Shown: positions 33,413 through 46,971, counted from the stretch's first letter. The stretch is 64,000 nt of DNA from Diplonema japonicum (GCA_964019335.1 OZ025659.1:558001-622000), one strand, 5' to 3'. Numbers and translations: made by a program. Notes: generated by a model not told the origin, from the letters alone.

Positions 33413-35203
33413 ATGACAGGCCGTCCGTTCAGCGGGAAGGCTAAGAAGGCGCAGCTGCAAGCGAAACGGGCCCAAAAGGCGGAGAAGAAAGACCTTGTGA
33501 TGCAGCGTCTCGAGGAGGAAACGCGGCGTGCGATGGGAGAGCTCGGGTTGGGGGATGACATCAAAGCAGTAGAGGAAGCCGACCGTGAAGGCTTGTCCAC
33601 GAGGAAGGGCGTCAGCTACAAGAACGACAAGCGCAGCGTGTTCAGAAAAGAAGCGAGGGAGGAGGTGGACAAACGGCGAGAACTGGCTCAAATCCCTTAC
33701 GAGGAGAGGGTGTTCGACAAGGGAGTCCAGTTCGAAGGCTGGTGGCCAGGGTGCAGGGTGCCACAGTCTGTCGAAATCCCAATGAGACCACCCTGGGAGG
33801 CCACCGACACCGAAGCACAGATAACCAAGCGAGAAGAAAAATACTTCAAAAAATACATCGAATCCATCGACGCAAGCCACGGAAAAGCCCTGAACATGTT
33901 CGAAAGAAACCTGGAGGTATGGAGACAGCTGTGGAGGGTGTGCGAGATGTCCGACGTCCTTGCAGTCGTCATCGATGCACGACACCCTTTGTTCCATCTA
34001 CCGTCATCCTTGATGAGGTACATTAAAGACGTTTTGAACAAACCCGTGTTTGTGATAATGAACAAGATCGATCTAGTACCCGGTTCGGTAGTGGCGTCGT
34101 GGGAAAAGTATTTACAAGCGTGCTACCCTGACCTAATCGTCGTTAGGTTCACCTGCCACCCGAATCTTGAAACCGTGACTCTTGAGATCAACTCCACACA
34201 GTTCCGTAAGAGGCGGAAACGAGCCGCGAAGCAAAAAGTCAACTACAATGAAAATCCGGAAGAAAGGGAGGAAGAGGACACTTACGACGATGGTAAATCA
34301 TCGGTTACAACAAACACTTCGGGTGACGAGGAGGTTCATGTTGAAGCGTTCAAAGGGGAGAAGAAGTTCGAGGAGGAAGCAAAGCGCGATGTGACCCCTC
34401 ACCAGGAACGCATTGAGGTTCACAAAATGCTCTCCAAGATCATCGAAACCGCCCGCGAGTTGGGGGTAGCTGCAAACGGCAGTGGAAGTACCAGCGTTCT
34501 CGGGCTGGTGGGGCACCCTAACGTGGGGAAATCAAGCTTAGTAAACACATTGAAAGGGGAAAAAGTGGTTTCAACGTCGAGCACAGCGGGGCATACAAAA
34601 CATCTTCAACACATTAGACTGACCCAGGATGTGATGCTATGTGATTGTCCAGGGTTGACATTCCCATCTGTGGGGCTTCCATTGTGTATTCAGGTTTTGA
34701 TGGGTTCTTTTGCTCTGGCGCAGAACAGGGAACCGTACTCGGCTGTTCACTACTTAGGGCAACGGTTGCCGTTGGAGAGGATTTATCACATGCAGAGGCC
34801 GAGGTCTGCTGATCCCGAGGATGGGTGGTCAGGGTGGGCTTTGTGTGAGTCATACGCGGAGAAGAACGGGATGTTTTTGAACCGGGGCAGAGGCATCCCC
34901 GACTGCTACCGTGCGGGGCAGGCCATCATCAAGGAGGCCGTCAATGGTATTCTTGTCTTGTACTTTCTCCCACCCCCCATCGACACCAAGCCCCTTCCCC
35001 CGAAACCGACGCATATTGCTATTACTGATGAAAAAGAAGATACTTCATCGTCCGATGATGGTGGCCTCGTGTCTGGCGATGAGAGCGACACATCTGACGA
35101 TGCCGTGATGACCGGGAACACGTTCGATAGACTGGGCTCCAAGAAAAAGCCGTTTGGTAAACAAAGCGGCGGGAAGAGGGGCGGCGGGAGAAAACGACGG
35201 TGA
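33413..35203 (+). CDS. GNL1: GNL1-like circularly permuted GTPase
   Basis: FERNLEVWRQLWRV; G4 NKID precedes G1 GHPNVGKSS, then G2 TAGHTK and G3 DCPG; N-terminal FSGKAKKAQLQAKR. Confidence 0.85.
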   Translation: MTGRPFSGKAKKAQLQAKRAQKAEKKDLVMQRLEEETRRAMGELGLGDDIKAVEEADREGLSTRKGVSYKNDKRSVFRKEAREEVDKRRELAQIPYEERVFDKGVQFEGWWPGCRVPQSVEIPMRPPWEATDTEAQITKREEKYFKKYIESIDASHGKALNMFERNLEVWRQLWRVCEMSDVLAVVIDARHPLFHLPSSLMRYIKDVLNKPVFVIMNKIDLVPGSVVASWEKYLQACYPDLIVVRFTCHPNLETVTLEINSTQFRKRRKRAAKQKVNYNENPEEREEEDTYDDGKSSVTTNTSGDEEVHVEAFKGEKKFEEEAKRDVTPHQERIEVHKMLSKIIETARELGVAANGSGSTSVLGLVGHPNVGKSSLVNTLKGEKVVSTSSTAGHTKHLQHIRLTQDVMLCDCPGLTFPSVGLPLCIQVLMGSFALAQNREPYSAVHYLGQRLPLERIYHMQRPRSADPEDGWSGWALCESYAEKNGMFLNRGRGIPDCYRAGQAIIKEAVNGILVLYFLPPPIDTKPLPPKPTHIAITDEKEDTSSSDDGGLVSGDESDTSDDAVMTGNTFDRLGSKKKPFGKQSGGKRGGGRKRR

Positions 35204-35311
35204 GAAAACAACAACAATTAAAAAAAAAAGTTTTTTTTTTTCCTGGGTACTCACTCACATTTTTTTTCCTCATATTTTGTCTTCTTTTTTTTTTGACCTA
35301 CCAAAACCAGC

Positions 35312-35344
<33 letters not shown>

Positions 35345-35354
35345 AAATGGCAGA

Positions 35355-36791
35355 ATGCTAGCACAGGCTCATTGGAATGAGGAACGCAGCGTTCGGAAGG
35401 CAGCTGCGAAGAAGTCCGTGAGCCAAGCAAAGTCGAATAGAAAAATCGAGTCGTTGAGCTTGTGGGAGCTGGTGGTGCTGAAGAAATTCGAGTTCGGTCG
35501 AAACGTCAACTGCGGGAAGAGGGAGATCTCTAGCTGGTGCGTGAAACGCCTGCAAACATGGCAGAAGAACGGGTGCGAAAAAGAACTCCGGTGGGAGGCA
35601 CTGCGAGTGAAGCTCATCAGCAACTACGAAATAAACGGGGTCTTAGTCCAGCAGACGATCACCTCCCGTGAGACATTCGACTTATGTGGGTCCAGAACAC
35701 CAGTCGATCCTACATGGTCTGACGGGTTGCTGCCATCTCCACCCTTGCTGCGAGAGGTCTTCAGCATCTGGGCGGTTTTACCGAAAAGCCCTCCAACGAT
35801 ACTGACAAGGGGCGTGTACTTCTGGTTTTTTCAATGTCTCGCGGAGAAGCTTCTCCCGGGAATCCTAACAGATGAAGTCAAGGTGCTATTGGTACGCGAC
35901 TGGGCGTCGGACATAGAAACCGGTCAAAGTGAAGGGCTGTCTTTGCAGATGTTCCAGAAGTCCTTGATCAAGATCACAGCGGTAATGTGCGAGACTGGGA
36001 CCCTCTCCGAGGCGGCGCGATTTGTCAGCACCATGCGGTGTGTCATACTGTCGAAAGGGCCTCCGTCGGACAACCTCCCTTACTATACTCAGTTCGATAT
36101 TGAACCAGGAGCATTGAAGAAGGCCGTCCACACGCTTCTCCTCCCCTTGAAGACTGTACCCATTCAACCCGCGTTAGTTTCAACAATCGCAGCACGATGT
36201 GTGTTGGTTGCGTCGGACCCTTGCTCGGAAGATGTGATGCGGTTGTGGGAGACTGAGGTTCGTTTGAACGGTGCTGTGAAGGCAGTCAAGGATAAGTCGC
36301 TGGCGTTGTCGTTGAAGATAGAGAGTGCTGTGTCGCATTCACCATTGCGTGTTGGGAAAACTGTTAAGGGTCGTGTTGTTCTGGAAAACGGTCTCGGAAC
36401 CAGTTGCCCGTTGCCGGACTTGGTCCCGTTTTGCTTCAACACCTCTTGGAGGCGGCTGACCAAGTTCTGCGTGCGGTCGAGGAGTTCGACTGTTTCGCGA
36501 AAACCGTCCCGTCAAGCGGCTGACATGGACGGGGGGGACCATACCCCGCAGTTCTTCTTCAGATCACGGGATCATTTTCTGTCGAACCGGCGGTTGCCCC
36601 CAATCGAGTCATGTGCGCGAGCAGACTCGCCTGCAACGCCGAAAAATCGGGGGAAATACGAGGTTGCGGTCGCCCCGCGTTGTGATAGCCCTTCTTCGTC
36701 GTCATTTCTACCGATGACTTTCCGGCACACACCGTCACCATTTGGCCCCATGGGGAGGGTTGTCCCTGTACGGGCCGCGGTTCATGGGTGA
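35355..36791 (+). CDS. Hypothetical protein
   Basis: Long ORF after a poly-A leader; possible degenerate EF-hand-like segment DWASD...LSLQMFQKSL. Confidence 0.6.
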   Translation: MLAQAHWNEERSVRKAAAKKSVSQAKSNRKIESLSLWELVVLKKFEFGRNVNCGKREISSWCVKRLQTWQKNGCEKELRWEALRVKLISNYEINGVLVQQTITSRETFDLCGSRTPVDPTWSDGLLPSPPLLREVFSIWAVLPKSPPTILTRGVYFWFFQCLAEKLLPGILTDEVKVLLVRDWASDIETGQSEGLSLQMFQKSLIKITAVMCETGTLSEAARFVSTMRCVILSKGPPSDNLPYYTQFDIEPGALKKAVHTLLLPLKTVPIQPALVSTIAARCVLVASDPCSEDVMRLWETEVRLNGAVKAVKDKSLALSLKIESAVSHSPLRVGKTVKGRVVLENGLGTSCPLPDLVPFCFNTSWRRLTKFCVRSRSSTVSRKPSRQAADMDGGDHTPQFFFRSRDHFLSNRRLPPIESCARADSPATPKNRGKYEVAVAPRCDSPSSSSFLPMTFRHTPSPFGPMGRVVPVRAAVHG

Positions 36792-36899
36792 GAAAAAGTG
36801 GTTTACACCGCTTTCCGATTTTTTTCTTCTTTTTTTGTAACGCTGTTTCGAATGTAAATGCCCCACAGGTCACCTTTTATTTTATTTGTTTCTCTTGCA

Positions 36900-37772
36900 A
36901 TGGCGCGCTCCCTGCTTCCCCCTATCGGCGACGTTGTGTCGGAATGGATCAAACACGACATCCCGTCGTTCGATGTAGGCGGTCTGGTGGTCGGCGAGAA
37001 AGAGAACACTGCTGTGTTCTGGGGGAAAAGCACAATGGTGACGGCGGGCTACCCATTCGTGGAGGAAATTTTCAAATACGTAGGCTGCAAGGTTACCTGG
37101 TTTGTGGAGGAAGGCACGTTGGTTGAAGGGTCCGGAAGCAACAAAATAAGGCTCGGAGAGGTGACGGGCCCCGTCTACAGGGTGCTTCAAGGCGAGAGGA
37201 CTGCACTAGAGGTGCTCACAAGGTGCTCCGCTGTTGCGTACCAAACACATCTCGCAGTGAAGATCGCAAAAGAGCACGGATGGAAGGGAAGGATCGCCGC
37301 GACTAGAAAAACAACCCCTGGAACCTTCAGGCTTGTGGAGAAATACGGTGTTCTGGTCGGTGGTGGCGACACACACAGGTATTCCCTCAGTGCGATGACA
37401 ATGCTGAAGGACAACCATGTAGATGCTGCTGGTGGTATTACCGCAGCAGTGCACCAAGCCAAACGCGCTGGCGGGTTCTCCATGAAGGTTGAAGTTGAAG
37501 CCCGCAACCCTGACGAGGCACACGAAGCCTGCAGAGCCGGGGCCGACGTTGTTATGCTTGACAACTTCACCCCTGCTACCCTTGCCCAGCACGCGCTTCA
37601 ATTCAAAAAGGCCTACCCACATGTCATCTTCGAGGTGTCGGGCGGCATCACGCATAAAACCGTTTCCACCTACCTCATCGACGGGCTCGACATTCTGTCC
37701 ATGGGGTGCCTCACCCACGGACCACCATCGGTTGACGTCTCGCTTAAGATTAAGAAGCCGTCGAAGCTTTAA
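36900..37772 (+). CDS. QPRT: Quinolinate phosphoribosyltransferase (nicotinate-nucleotide pyrophosphorylase), PTS1 -SKL
   Basis: [43 protein letters not shown]; ends SKL. Confidence 0.95.
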   Translation: MARSLLPPIGDVVSEWIKHDIPSFDVGGLVVGEKENTAVFWGKSTMVTAGYPFVEEIFKYVGCKVTWFVEEGTLVEGSGSNKIRLGEVTGPVYRVLQGERTALEVLTRCSAVAYQTHLAVKIAKEHGWKGRIAATRKTTPGTFRLVEKYGVLVGGGDTHRYSLSAMTMLKDNHVDAAGGITAAVHQAKRAGGFSMKVEVEARNPDEAHEACRAGADVVMLDNFTPATLAQHALQFKKAYPHVIFEVSGGITHKTVSTYLIDGLDILSMGCLTHGPPSVDVSLKIKKPSKL

Positions 37773-37903
37773 AATTTGGACAGAAGAGAAAACAAAACAA
37801 AAAAAAAAGTGTGTCAGTTATGGGTTTTTTTTTTTTCTCTCTCTTCCCTTCCCCACTGGTTAGTTCTTTTAGAAGGAATAAAAAAAGAAGGGGGGGGGAA
37901 AAA

Positions 37904-38591
37904 ATGCCGGAGGTTGAGAAACGGAAACTAGAAGACGGAGCGGGGCAGGATACAGAGGAGGCGAAGAAAGCGAAGACAACGGAGCCGAACCCTGTTGTGT
38001 TTTTCGACATTACGATCGGTGGGGTGGCGCAGGGCCGGGTGAAGATGGAGCTGTTTGCCGATATTGTCCCCAAGACAGCAGAGAACTTCAGACAGCTGTG
38101 CACCGGAGAGCTGCGGGATAAGAACTCAGGAAAACCCTTGGGGTACAAGGGGTGTGTTTTCCACAGGGTGATAAAGGACTTTATGATACAGTCCGGGGAT
38201 TTCGTGAACGTATGTATTTCCTTTTCCTTTTCTCATCCCCCCCCTACAGCATGACGGCACAGGAGGTTTCAGCATCTACGGTGACAACTTTGGTGATGAG
38301 AATTTCAGTACTAAACATACCGAGCCTGGTCTTCTCTCCATGGCTAACTCTGGGCCCGACACGAACGGGTCGCAATTTTTCATCACTTGCTCTAAGACAG
38401 ACTGGTTGGATGACAAGCACGTGGTTTTTGGTAAGGTCGTTGATGGGTATGCTGCGAGGGGAAATGAAAGAAAAAAAAAAAAAAAAAAAAAAAAAAGAAT
38501 GATCACTGTCCGCAAGGTGGAAAACATCACAGTAGAGGGGAAGAAACAACCGAAGCTGCCCTGCGTCATTTCGGAGTGCGGTGAGATGTAA
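37904..38591 (+). CDS. Cyclophilin-type PPIase (PPIH-like), 3 exons
   Basis: [52 protein letters not shown]; introns 38210-38249 and 38447-38497. Confidence 0.9.
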
Positions 38592-38711
38592 AGTGGGGAG
38601 GGAAAAAAAAAAGTAGTTTGTTGGGAATTTCCCTCCTTCCCCCCCCTCCCTTCCTCGTCCATGTTTAAAACATGTTTTTGGCAAAAGGGAGAGAGAACAA
38701 AAAAAAAAAAA

Positions 38712-39456
38712 ATGCCGCCGAAAAAAGATGGGAAGAAAAAACAAAAAGGATTGAAGGTATGCACAATATATATATTTTCTTTCTCCACTTTATTCAGAAT
38801 TTAGTGTTGGAACCTGGTGAAGACTTAAGAATGGATCCATTGGAGCTGAGGGATATGCAAATCTCAAGGGCGAATTTGAAGGTTTTTAAAAAGAAAAAAG
38901 GAAAAAAAAAGTTCACAAACAGAAAGAATGTCTTGAAGAGGAATACGTTGTTCGGCGAAACCTTCGCACCGAAGCACACCAGGAAGAGCAAGAGCTTCGG
39001 GAGCGGAAAGAACAGTTAGAAGCTGACTACAAGGCGCAGAAGGACGAGCGGTACGATATCATAAGTGACTTCACGCGGCAAAACAAATCCATGCAAGATG
39101 AGCTCATCATAAGAATCAACGATTTGGAAAGCACAATCTGCGATTTGAAGGACCAGTTGGAACTATCCAAGATAGCTCTGCACGAGATCAAGAACGACAA
39201 AGATCAGCAAATCAAGCAAAAGGAGAAGGAAATAGATGAACAAGCGGAGAAGATGGAGGACATGTCACAGGAGTTCCACGCCATGCTTCAGGAGACACTT
39301 GAGAAGATGAACGAGAGGATTGACGAGAAGCACAAGGACAGCCAAGAGGTCCCCCAGTCCGAGGAACAAGACGCCGAGCAAACCTCACCAAAGGATGAGG
39401 ACGGCAGCAACCCCCCAGAACCAGAGGGCGACGACGCCCCGCCATCTCCCCAATAA
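38712..39456 (+). CDS. Coiled-coil flagellar protein, CCDC153/DRC12-like (3 exons)
   Basis: MPPKK start; introns 38757-38797 and 38882-38922; DIISDFTRQNKSMQDELIIRINDLE and MEDMSQEFHAMLQETLEKM resemble CCDC153. Confidence 0.6.
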
Positions 39457-39486
39457 CACCCATATTTTTTTTTTTCATGTGAATAG

Positions 39487-40950
<1,464 letters not shown>

Positions 40951-41334
40951 ATGCCCCCCCCCCCCCCCCCCCCTTCTACAAATATAAAAGAGAATAAAAA
41001 AAACAACAATGAAATAACCAAGTAAGGGTTCTCTGTCCCACACCCCCTCCCCCAAGGTCGAAGTGTTTTTTAGAAATTCCTGATACCTCGACTGGCGCAC
41101 CACTTGTTACCTCTCTCTTTTTTTCTTTCTTTTTCCCTTCTCTTTTTTTTCTTCTCTTTTATGATGTATCATCCCTATCCCTCCCCCTTTTTTTTCACCC
41201 CTTTTTTCTTTGTTTACCCCCCCCCCCCCCCCCCATACCACTAAACCAAACCGTTCAAAAAACACCTAAAAAAAAGAAAGGCAAAAAAAAAAGAGGGGCT
41301 TTTTGTTTTCGTTCTCTTTTTTTTTTTTATCAAA

Positions 41335-41686
41335 ATGATGTACACTGGAGAAATTGAGAATGGCCAGATGCATGGCAAGGGGACGCTGGTGTACCCGAAC
41401 AACGAAAAGGTATCCTTTTTTTTTTTTTTTTATTTTCCGAATTCTTTTTTAAAAAAAACCCCTCTCCCAACAGTACGAAGGGGATTGGGTGTACGGGAAA
41501 CGCCATGGCCACGGTACATACTACTACGCAGACGGCAGCACATACGAAGGGGAATGGGTGGACGACAAAGTGCACAACAAAGGAACATGCGTCTACGCAA
41601 GCGGAAACAAGTACCTGGGTGAATGGAGCTACGGGAAAATAAACGGAAAAGGTTCCCTATACTACGCAGACGGCGACAGGTAAGAC

Positions 41687-41717
<31 letters not shown>

Positions 41718-42610
41718 AGATACGAGGGCGAATGGAAAGACGGGAAAATGCATAACAAGGGCACTTACTACTACAGCAACGGTGACAAATACGAAGGAGA
41801 ATGGCGGGAAGACAAAAGACACGGAAAAGGTGTCGTGACCTACGCAGGGCCTAACGGGACCGTCCAAGAGAAGTACGAGGGCGACTGGGTGGAGGGGAAA
41901 ATGCACGGGTGGGGGAAATACTTCTACGCCGACGCTGGGTATGCACCAACCCATTTTTTTTAACATTATTATTTAAAACTCTCAGCGTGTACGAGGGTGA
42001 GTGGGCAGACGGTAAAATGCACGGTAAGGGTGTCTACGTCTTCCCCAACGGCAACAAGTACGACGGTGAATGGGTCGACGATGTCAAAGAAGGATACGGC
42101 AACCTCACCTACGTGAACGGCGAAAGGTACGAAGGCTACTGGAGGGACGACAAAGCCCACGGCAAGGGAACAGTATGACAAAAAAAAAAAAAAAAAAAGA
42201 AATTCCAAAAATTCTAACAGCTTACATACATCCACGGTGACAAATACGTCGGCGACTGGGTTGCGGGGAAGAAACATGGACAAGGAACCCTCACCTACGC
42301 TAACGGAGACACCTATGAGGGCGAATGGAGAAACGACTCCGCCAGTGGTTACGGCATTCTAACCTACGCCAACGGTTGCAGGTACCAGGGCAACTGGATG
42401 GACGATCGTAGAAATGGGGAAGGTCTGCTCTCGTTGCCGGATGGGTCTATCTATGAAGGTGGTTGGGTCAATGGGAAGAAAGAAGGAAAAGCAACTATCA
42501 CGCTTCCTGATGGCTCCCGTTTTGCCGGACCTTTCAAGGACGGGCGTATTGTTGGTCCTGGTGAATTCGTTCTTTCCCCCGAATCGGACTTGAATAACCC
42601 TGATTATTAG
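41335..42610 (+). CDS. MORN1: MORN1 (MORN-repeat protein), 5 exons
   Basis: [16 protein letters not shown] start as in euglenozoan MORN1; tandem YEGEW..G..HG repeats; introns 41410-41473, 41680-41719, 41939-41985, 42173-42220. Confidence 0.85.
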
Positions 42611-43444
42611 CTTTTTTTTTTTTTTTTTTTTTTTTTTGTCTTTTTCCTTAGAATTTTTGACCCCCCCTAGAATTTTTTTTTATGAAAAATTGAAAAAAAA
42701 AAAGTCAGCGAAAAAAAAAAAAAAAATGGGAAAGAAAAAAGGGACTCTTTTTTTTTTGTTTATTTCCGCCTCCGCCTCTTCCGCCTCCCCCCTTTTTTTT
42801 TTGTTCTCCCTTGTATTTTCTACTGTTTCCACCCTGTTTGTCCCCTCTCCCCCCTTTTTTTTTCTGTTTCTTCTCCAAGCTTCCGTATCGTTCGCTATAG
42901 TTCCTTTTTTTTTTTTGCGGTGGAAAAAAAAAAAAAAAAAAAAAAAAAGCCTCCTCCCCCTTCCCCTAAAGAAGCTGCGGGTATGAGCGGTGGAGGAAGT
43001 TGAAAAAAAAAAAAAAAAAAAAAGAAAGGGGTAAGAAAAAAAAAAAGTTCTTTTCATTTTGTTCGTTCTTTTTGTTCCCAAAAAAAAAAAAAGTGTTCTC
43101 ATTTTCGTTTTTTCTTTTCTTCTTTTTTTTAGTCCAACCATTATGTTGTCCTTCCCTGTTTTTTCCTCCCTTTCTGCCGAATCCCCCCCCCCCCTTTTTT
43201 TGTTGTATTTAACAAAATTCTGCTCAGCTTCTTGTGGGAGCTTTTAAAAAAAAAAAAGAGCAACACAAAATGGGGGTGTCCAACCTACACCCCCCCCCTT
43301 TTTTCATTTTCTCTTTTCTTCGGCTCCCATCTTTTTTTTCTCCCCCCCCACCCTTCTATTTCCCGCTTTTAACCCCGTTGTGAAATCTCTCTCGAATATT
43401 CCCATATATTTCTTTTTTTTAAAAAAAAAAACTTTCCCCATTAA

Positions 43445-44915
43445 CCCTTATCCGCCCAACGACTCATATATGAGTCGTTAATGGGGGTGTTGTTCCCTGT
43501 GTCCATCCAAACCTGAGTCTTGGACCGGTTTCCATGGAAAAAAAAAAAAAAAGAATGGAAAGATTTGGAAAATCTGCGTTTAATGCGCTATTTGTATCCA
43601 TCTGAAACTTCATAGCTTCAACCTAGAACGGGGTACCGAGACACTGGGTGACACCCAAAATATGGGTATTTTCCTGATTTTCTCTTGACTTTTTCCCTAT
43701 GAATTTCTTTTTGAGTCACTCGCAGGCCCTTATCAAAATCAACAAGCCAGCACACACTGGGGACAGCCCCCAGCCTCATTTAGGCTTTTTAGACCTGTTT
43801 GCTGGTGACGAGGCACCCGTATCTGACAAAGAGTCTGGTGAATCTCTATTTCTGACAAGGAGTATGATGAAGAACAGGGGGAAGAGGAAGAGGAGGAAGG
43901 GGAAGAAGCAGCCTCTATCAAGGGGGATTTGACCGACTATTGGTCGGAAATGTCGAAGAACCGGTTCAAAGTGATCCTGCGGTACCTGCACCTTGCCAAT
44001 CCTGCTGCCAGAGAAACCGACAAGCTGCGTCTGATCCGCCCGTTCATCGATCTCGTGAAAGGGAAATGGGTGAAGGCTCTGACCCCTGAACAAAATTTGT
44101 CAGTGGACCACCCCTCCGTCAGTTTGTCCCGACGAACGTAATCAATGGGGTTATTCTCAACGAAAGCAGCACGGGGTACTGCCCCGACATGATGGTGGGG
44201 TTGACACCTACAGGGAAACACCAAAGACTGTTGTGGGAAGGCTCTTCTCCACATACGAGAACAAAGGTACGAGAACAAAGGTTATGATTTGTATATCGAC
44301 AACTGGTATAGCGGTGTTCAGCTCTTCCACGAGTTGAAGGGCGTGGGGATACACTGCTGTGGAGCGATTTGCAAAAATAGGCGGGGTCTGCCCAATGTAA
44401 GTGCCATGGAAGCAGGTAGCGTGACGTATCAGAACAACGCTGGCCTGGTCTACCTTGCTTGGTCGGACAGACGAGATGTGCACCTATCTACCTTACCTGT
44501 GGGTGAAGAGTTTGGGCAAGGTTTTGCGACATCCGATCAATGCACCTCCATGGCTCGAAAACATTAAACATTTGGTGGAATGAACGCAGATTTTCAAGAT
44601 CTTTGTTTTGAGGCAGATGTGCAAGGACAGCGGCAGAATAGCCACAGGACAGGCCTGAAAGGGAAGATTTCTGAGTGCTGGTAAGGCTGAAATCACTGTT
44701 GTGGGGCCACCTACTCACGACCCTGAACATTGGCTTCTTATTGATCGAAATCACAAAACCTTTAGTGGAATGAACGCAGATTTCAAATATTTTTCAAATG
44801 CGTACCTCGAACCAAAACATAACCTCAAGACTTCAGCATGTCCGACCCATGCCAACAAGGGACCAAAATCGGGAAAATCCAAAAATCAATTCAACCCCCC
44901 CTGGGCTGATAAGGG
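43445..44915 (+). mobile_element. Non-autonomous piggyBac, copy 2
   Basis: TTAA TSDs (43441-44, 44916-19); same TIRs and nearly identical body to copy 1. Confidence 0.95.
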
Positions 44916-44966
44916 TTAATTAAAAAAAAAAAGGTGTGTTGGGGGAGTTTGATAAAAAAATAAAAA

Positions 44967-46859
44967 ATGCGCCCTCGGACGTCAGTCCCGATCCAAGGTC
45001 TGGAGGATCAAATAGATGTTTTTAAGCAACATGGTGTGTACAATGTTGTGGGAGAGGGTATCTCGATCAGCGTAACATTCTGCAACGGGGAGGTAGCAGC
45101 AACAGAGGGTCTAGAGGTAGACCCGAGAGACGCAACTGCACGCCCCGCCGTGGTTCTTTTCAAGCCGGACACCACTAACGACGAAGAGGAGGAAGAACTA
45201 AGCCAAGAAGAGGAAGAGTTCAAAGAAGTCTATTACACGGTAATCTGTTACGATCCGGATGCCCCGCTTCCAGGCTGCTCGTTTCTATCCGATATCCCAC
45301 ATTGGGTGGTGTGGAACTGCAAGCTCCACGAAAACGTCCATGAAGGCGACACTGTTCTCTCGTACCTTCCACCATCCCCTCCGTTCGGAGTGCACCGTTA
45401 TGTGTTCCTTGTGTGTGAACAATTGAACGGGTTTGAAGAACAGCTTCCCAACTCTCCACAAAGAATATTCGGGTCAATCGCATCGCATATTGCAAGACAT
45501 GGTTTAGAAGTATCTGGAATGAATTATTTCGTGTCACGCGGCGGGGGTATTCCAAAGCCAAACGACCTAAGAGGTTTGACAGGTGCAAGAGCAGTTTGGT
45601 CAATTTACGTGTTCATCAGTTTATTCTACGATATTTTTGCAGTGGGTGGTGTGCCCGACACGCACTGGGTGACCAATGCAGGGAAACGTGGCTACGTCGC
45701 AACAGTTTTTTTTTACGTTTTGTCGGGATTTGTTATGGTGTGGGTTTACGGTTCGAAAGGTGTTGTTGCACTGCAAAGCAAAGAAGTGTCATCGTTCAAA
45801 CGGGATTTCTGGTACGCAAGGGTCGCACGGATCGTTCCTTTATACTTCACGTCGATCGTGGCATTGCTTCCCTTCTCATTGTCGGTTTGGGATAAAATCG
45901 AGGATGCGTGGCCAAAACCGCAAAACGGTGCTCCATGTCTTGCGTTGACGGTAACAGGTTTACAAGCATGGCTTCCTTCGCAAGCTGTGATGTGTTCAAA
46001 CCCATTACTATCGTCCGTGTCGTGCCTTATCTTCTTCTACACCGCGTTCCCTTTCATTGTTGTTGTTCTTTCCAGGAAGATGAAGGACGGTACAATCCTG
46101 ACAGCATGCACAGTGTGCTTTATGGGGCTTGTCTCTATTTTATCTTTATGGTACGGGATGTACCATATACTTGATGGGTTTGCGCATCCCCCGGTGTACC
46201 CTCAGCCTTATACACCGACAAATGCGACGGAGGAACCTGTTAACCTTCCGTTTGGGTTTCCGTTGGTACGGCTTCCAGAGTTCATGATGGGGATGTCTGT
46301 AGGAGCTTTGTACATGGGATTTCTTCGTCGCGAGACTGACACAGGGTATTTTTTCCCTGCGTTCACGGATATTTTAACAGGGGTCATTGTATTTGTCCTG
46401 GGTATCATGCCGGACGACGCATATGACGTGCCGTTTTTTTACAACAAAAACGGAGTCTCATTCGGGTTGTGGTACTGGATTATAGTATCGGTGATACCCT
46501 TGTGGGTGTTGGGCTTGGCTTTTGGACGGGGCGTCACCGCGTGGCTCCTCTCCACCAGAGTGTTGGTATGGTTGGGCGAGCGAAGCTACGCCTTCTACGT
46601 TGTGCAGTTTCACGTTCTTACGTATACAGCGTGGGCTTGTCGTAAGGGTGGTACCCCACATGGTGTCTGGGACCATTGGCAGCACCATGACGGGACGCTT
46701 CCCGACTGGTCGCTTCCTTTTTTACTCCTCTCTACTGTGTGCATTGCTTCGTTGGTGCATACTTATGTCGAGCTGCCTATGAAGAAAAAAATTTTAAAAT
46801 GGGCGCATCCTGATCAGGTTGTTCCCGACCGTTCGTCTTTGCGGGTGCAGATTAAGTAA
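44967..46859 (+). CDS. Fusion of PEBP domain and acyltransferase-3 (OafA-like) multi-TM domain
   Basis: PEBP: YTVICYDPDAP, HWVVWN, YLPPSPPFGVHRYVFLV. AT3: LTGAR, FFYVLSGFVM, RVARIVPLY, RLPEFMMG, LGERSYAFY, VELP. Confidence 0.85.
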   Translation: MRPRTSVPIQGLEDQIDVFKQHGVYNVVGEGISISVTFCNGEVAATEGLEVDPRDATARPAVVLFKPDTTNDEEEEELSQEEEEFKEVYYTVICYDPDAPLPGCSFLSDIPHWVVWNCKLHENVHEGDTVLSYLPPSPPFGVHRYVFLVCEQLNGFEEQLPNSPQRIFGSIASHIARHGLEVSGMNYFVSRGGGIPKPNDLRGLTGARAVWSIYVFISLFYDIFAVGGVPDTHWVTNAGKRGYVATVFFYVLSGFVMVWVYGSKGVVALQSKEVSSFKRDFWYARVARIVPLYFTSIVALLPFSLSVWDKIEDAWPKPQNGAPCLALTVTGLQAWLPSQAVMCSNPLLSSVSCLIFFYTAFPFIVVVLSRKMKDGTILTACTVCFMGLVSILSLWYGMYHILDGFAHPPVYPQPYTPTNATEEPVNLPFGFPLVRLPEFMMGMSVGALYMGFLRRETDTGYFFPAFTDILTGVIVFVLGIMPDDAYDVPFFYNKNGVSFGLWYWIIVSVIPLWVLGLAFGRGVTAWLLSTRVLVWLGERSYAFYVVQFHVLTYTAWACRKGGTPHGVWDHWQHHDGTLPDWSLPFLLLSTVCIASLVHTYVELPMKKKILKWAHPDQVVPDRSSLRVQIK

Positions 46860-46936
46860 AAGAAGAAAAGAAGGGGGAAAAAAAAAAGGGGAGAGGGAGG
46901 GGAGTGAAAATGTGTTGTGTTTCCTAACTAAATTGT

Positions 46937-46971
<35 letters not shown>

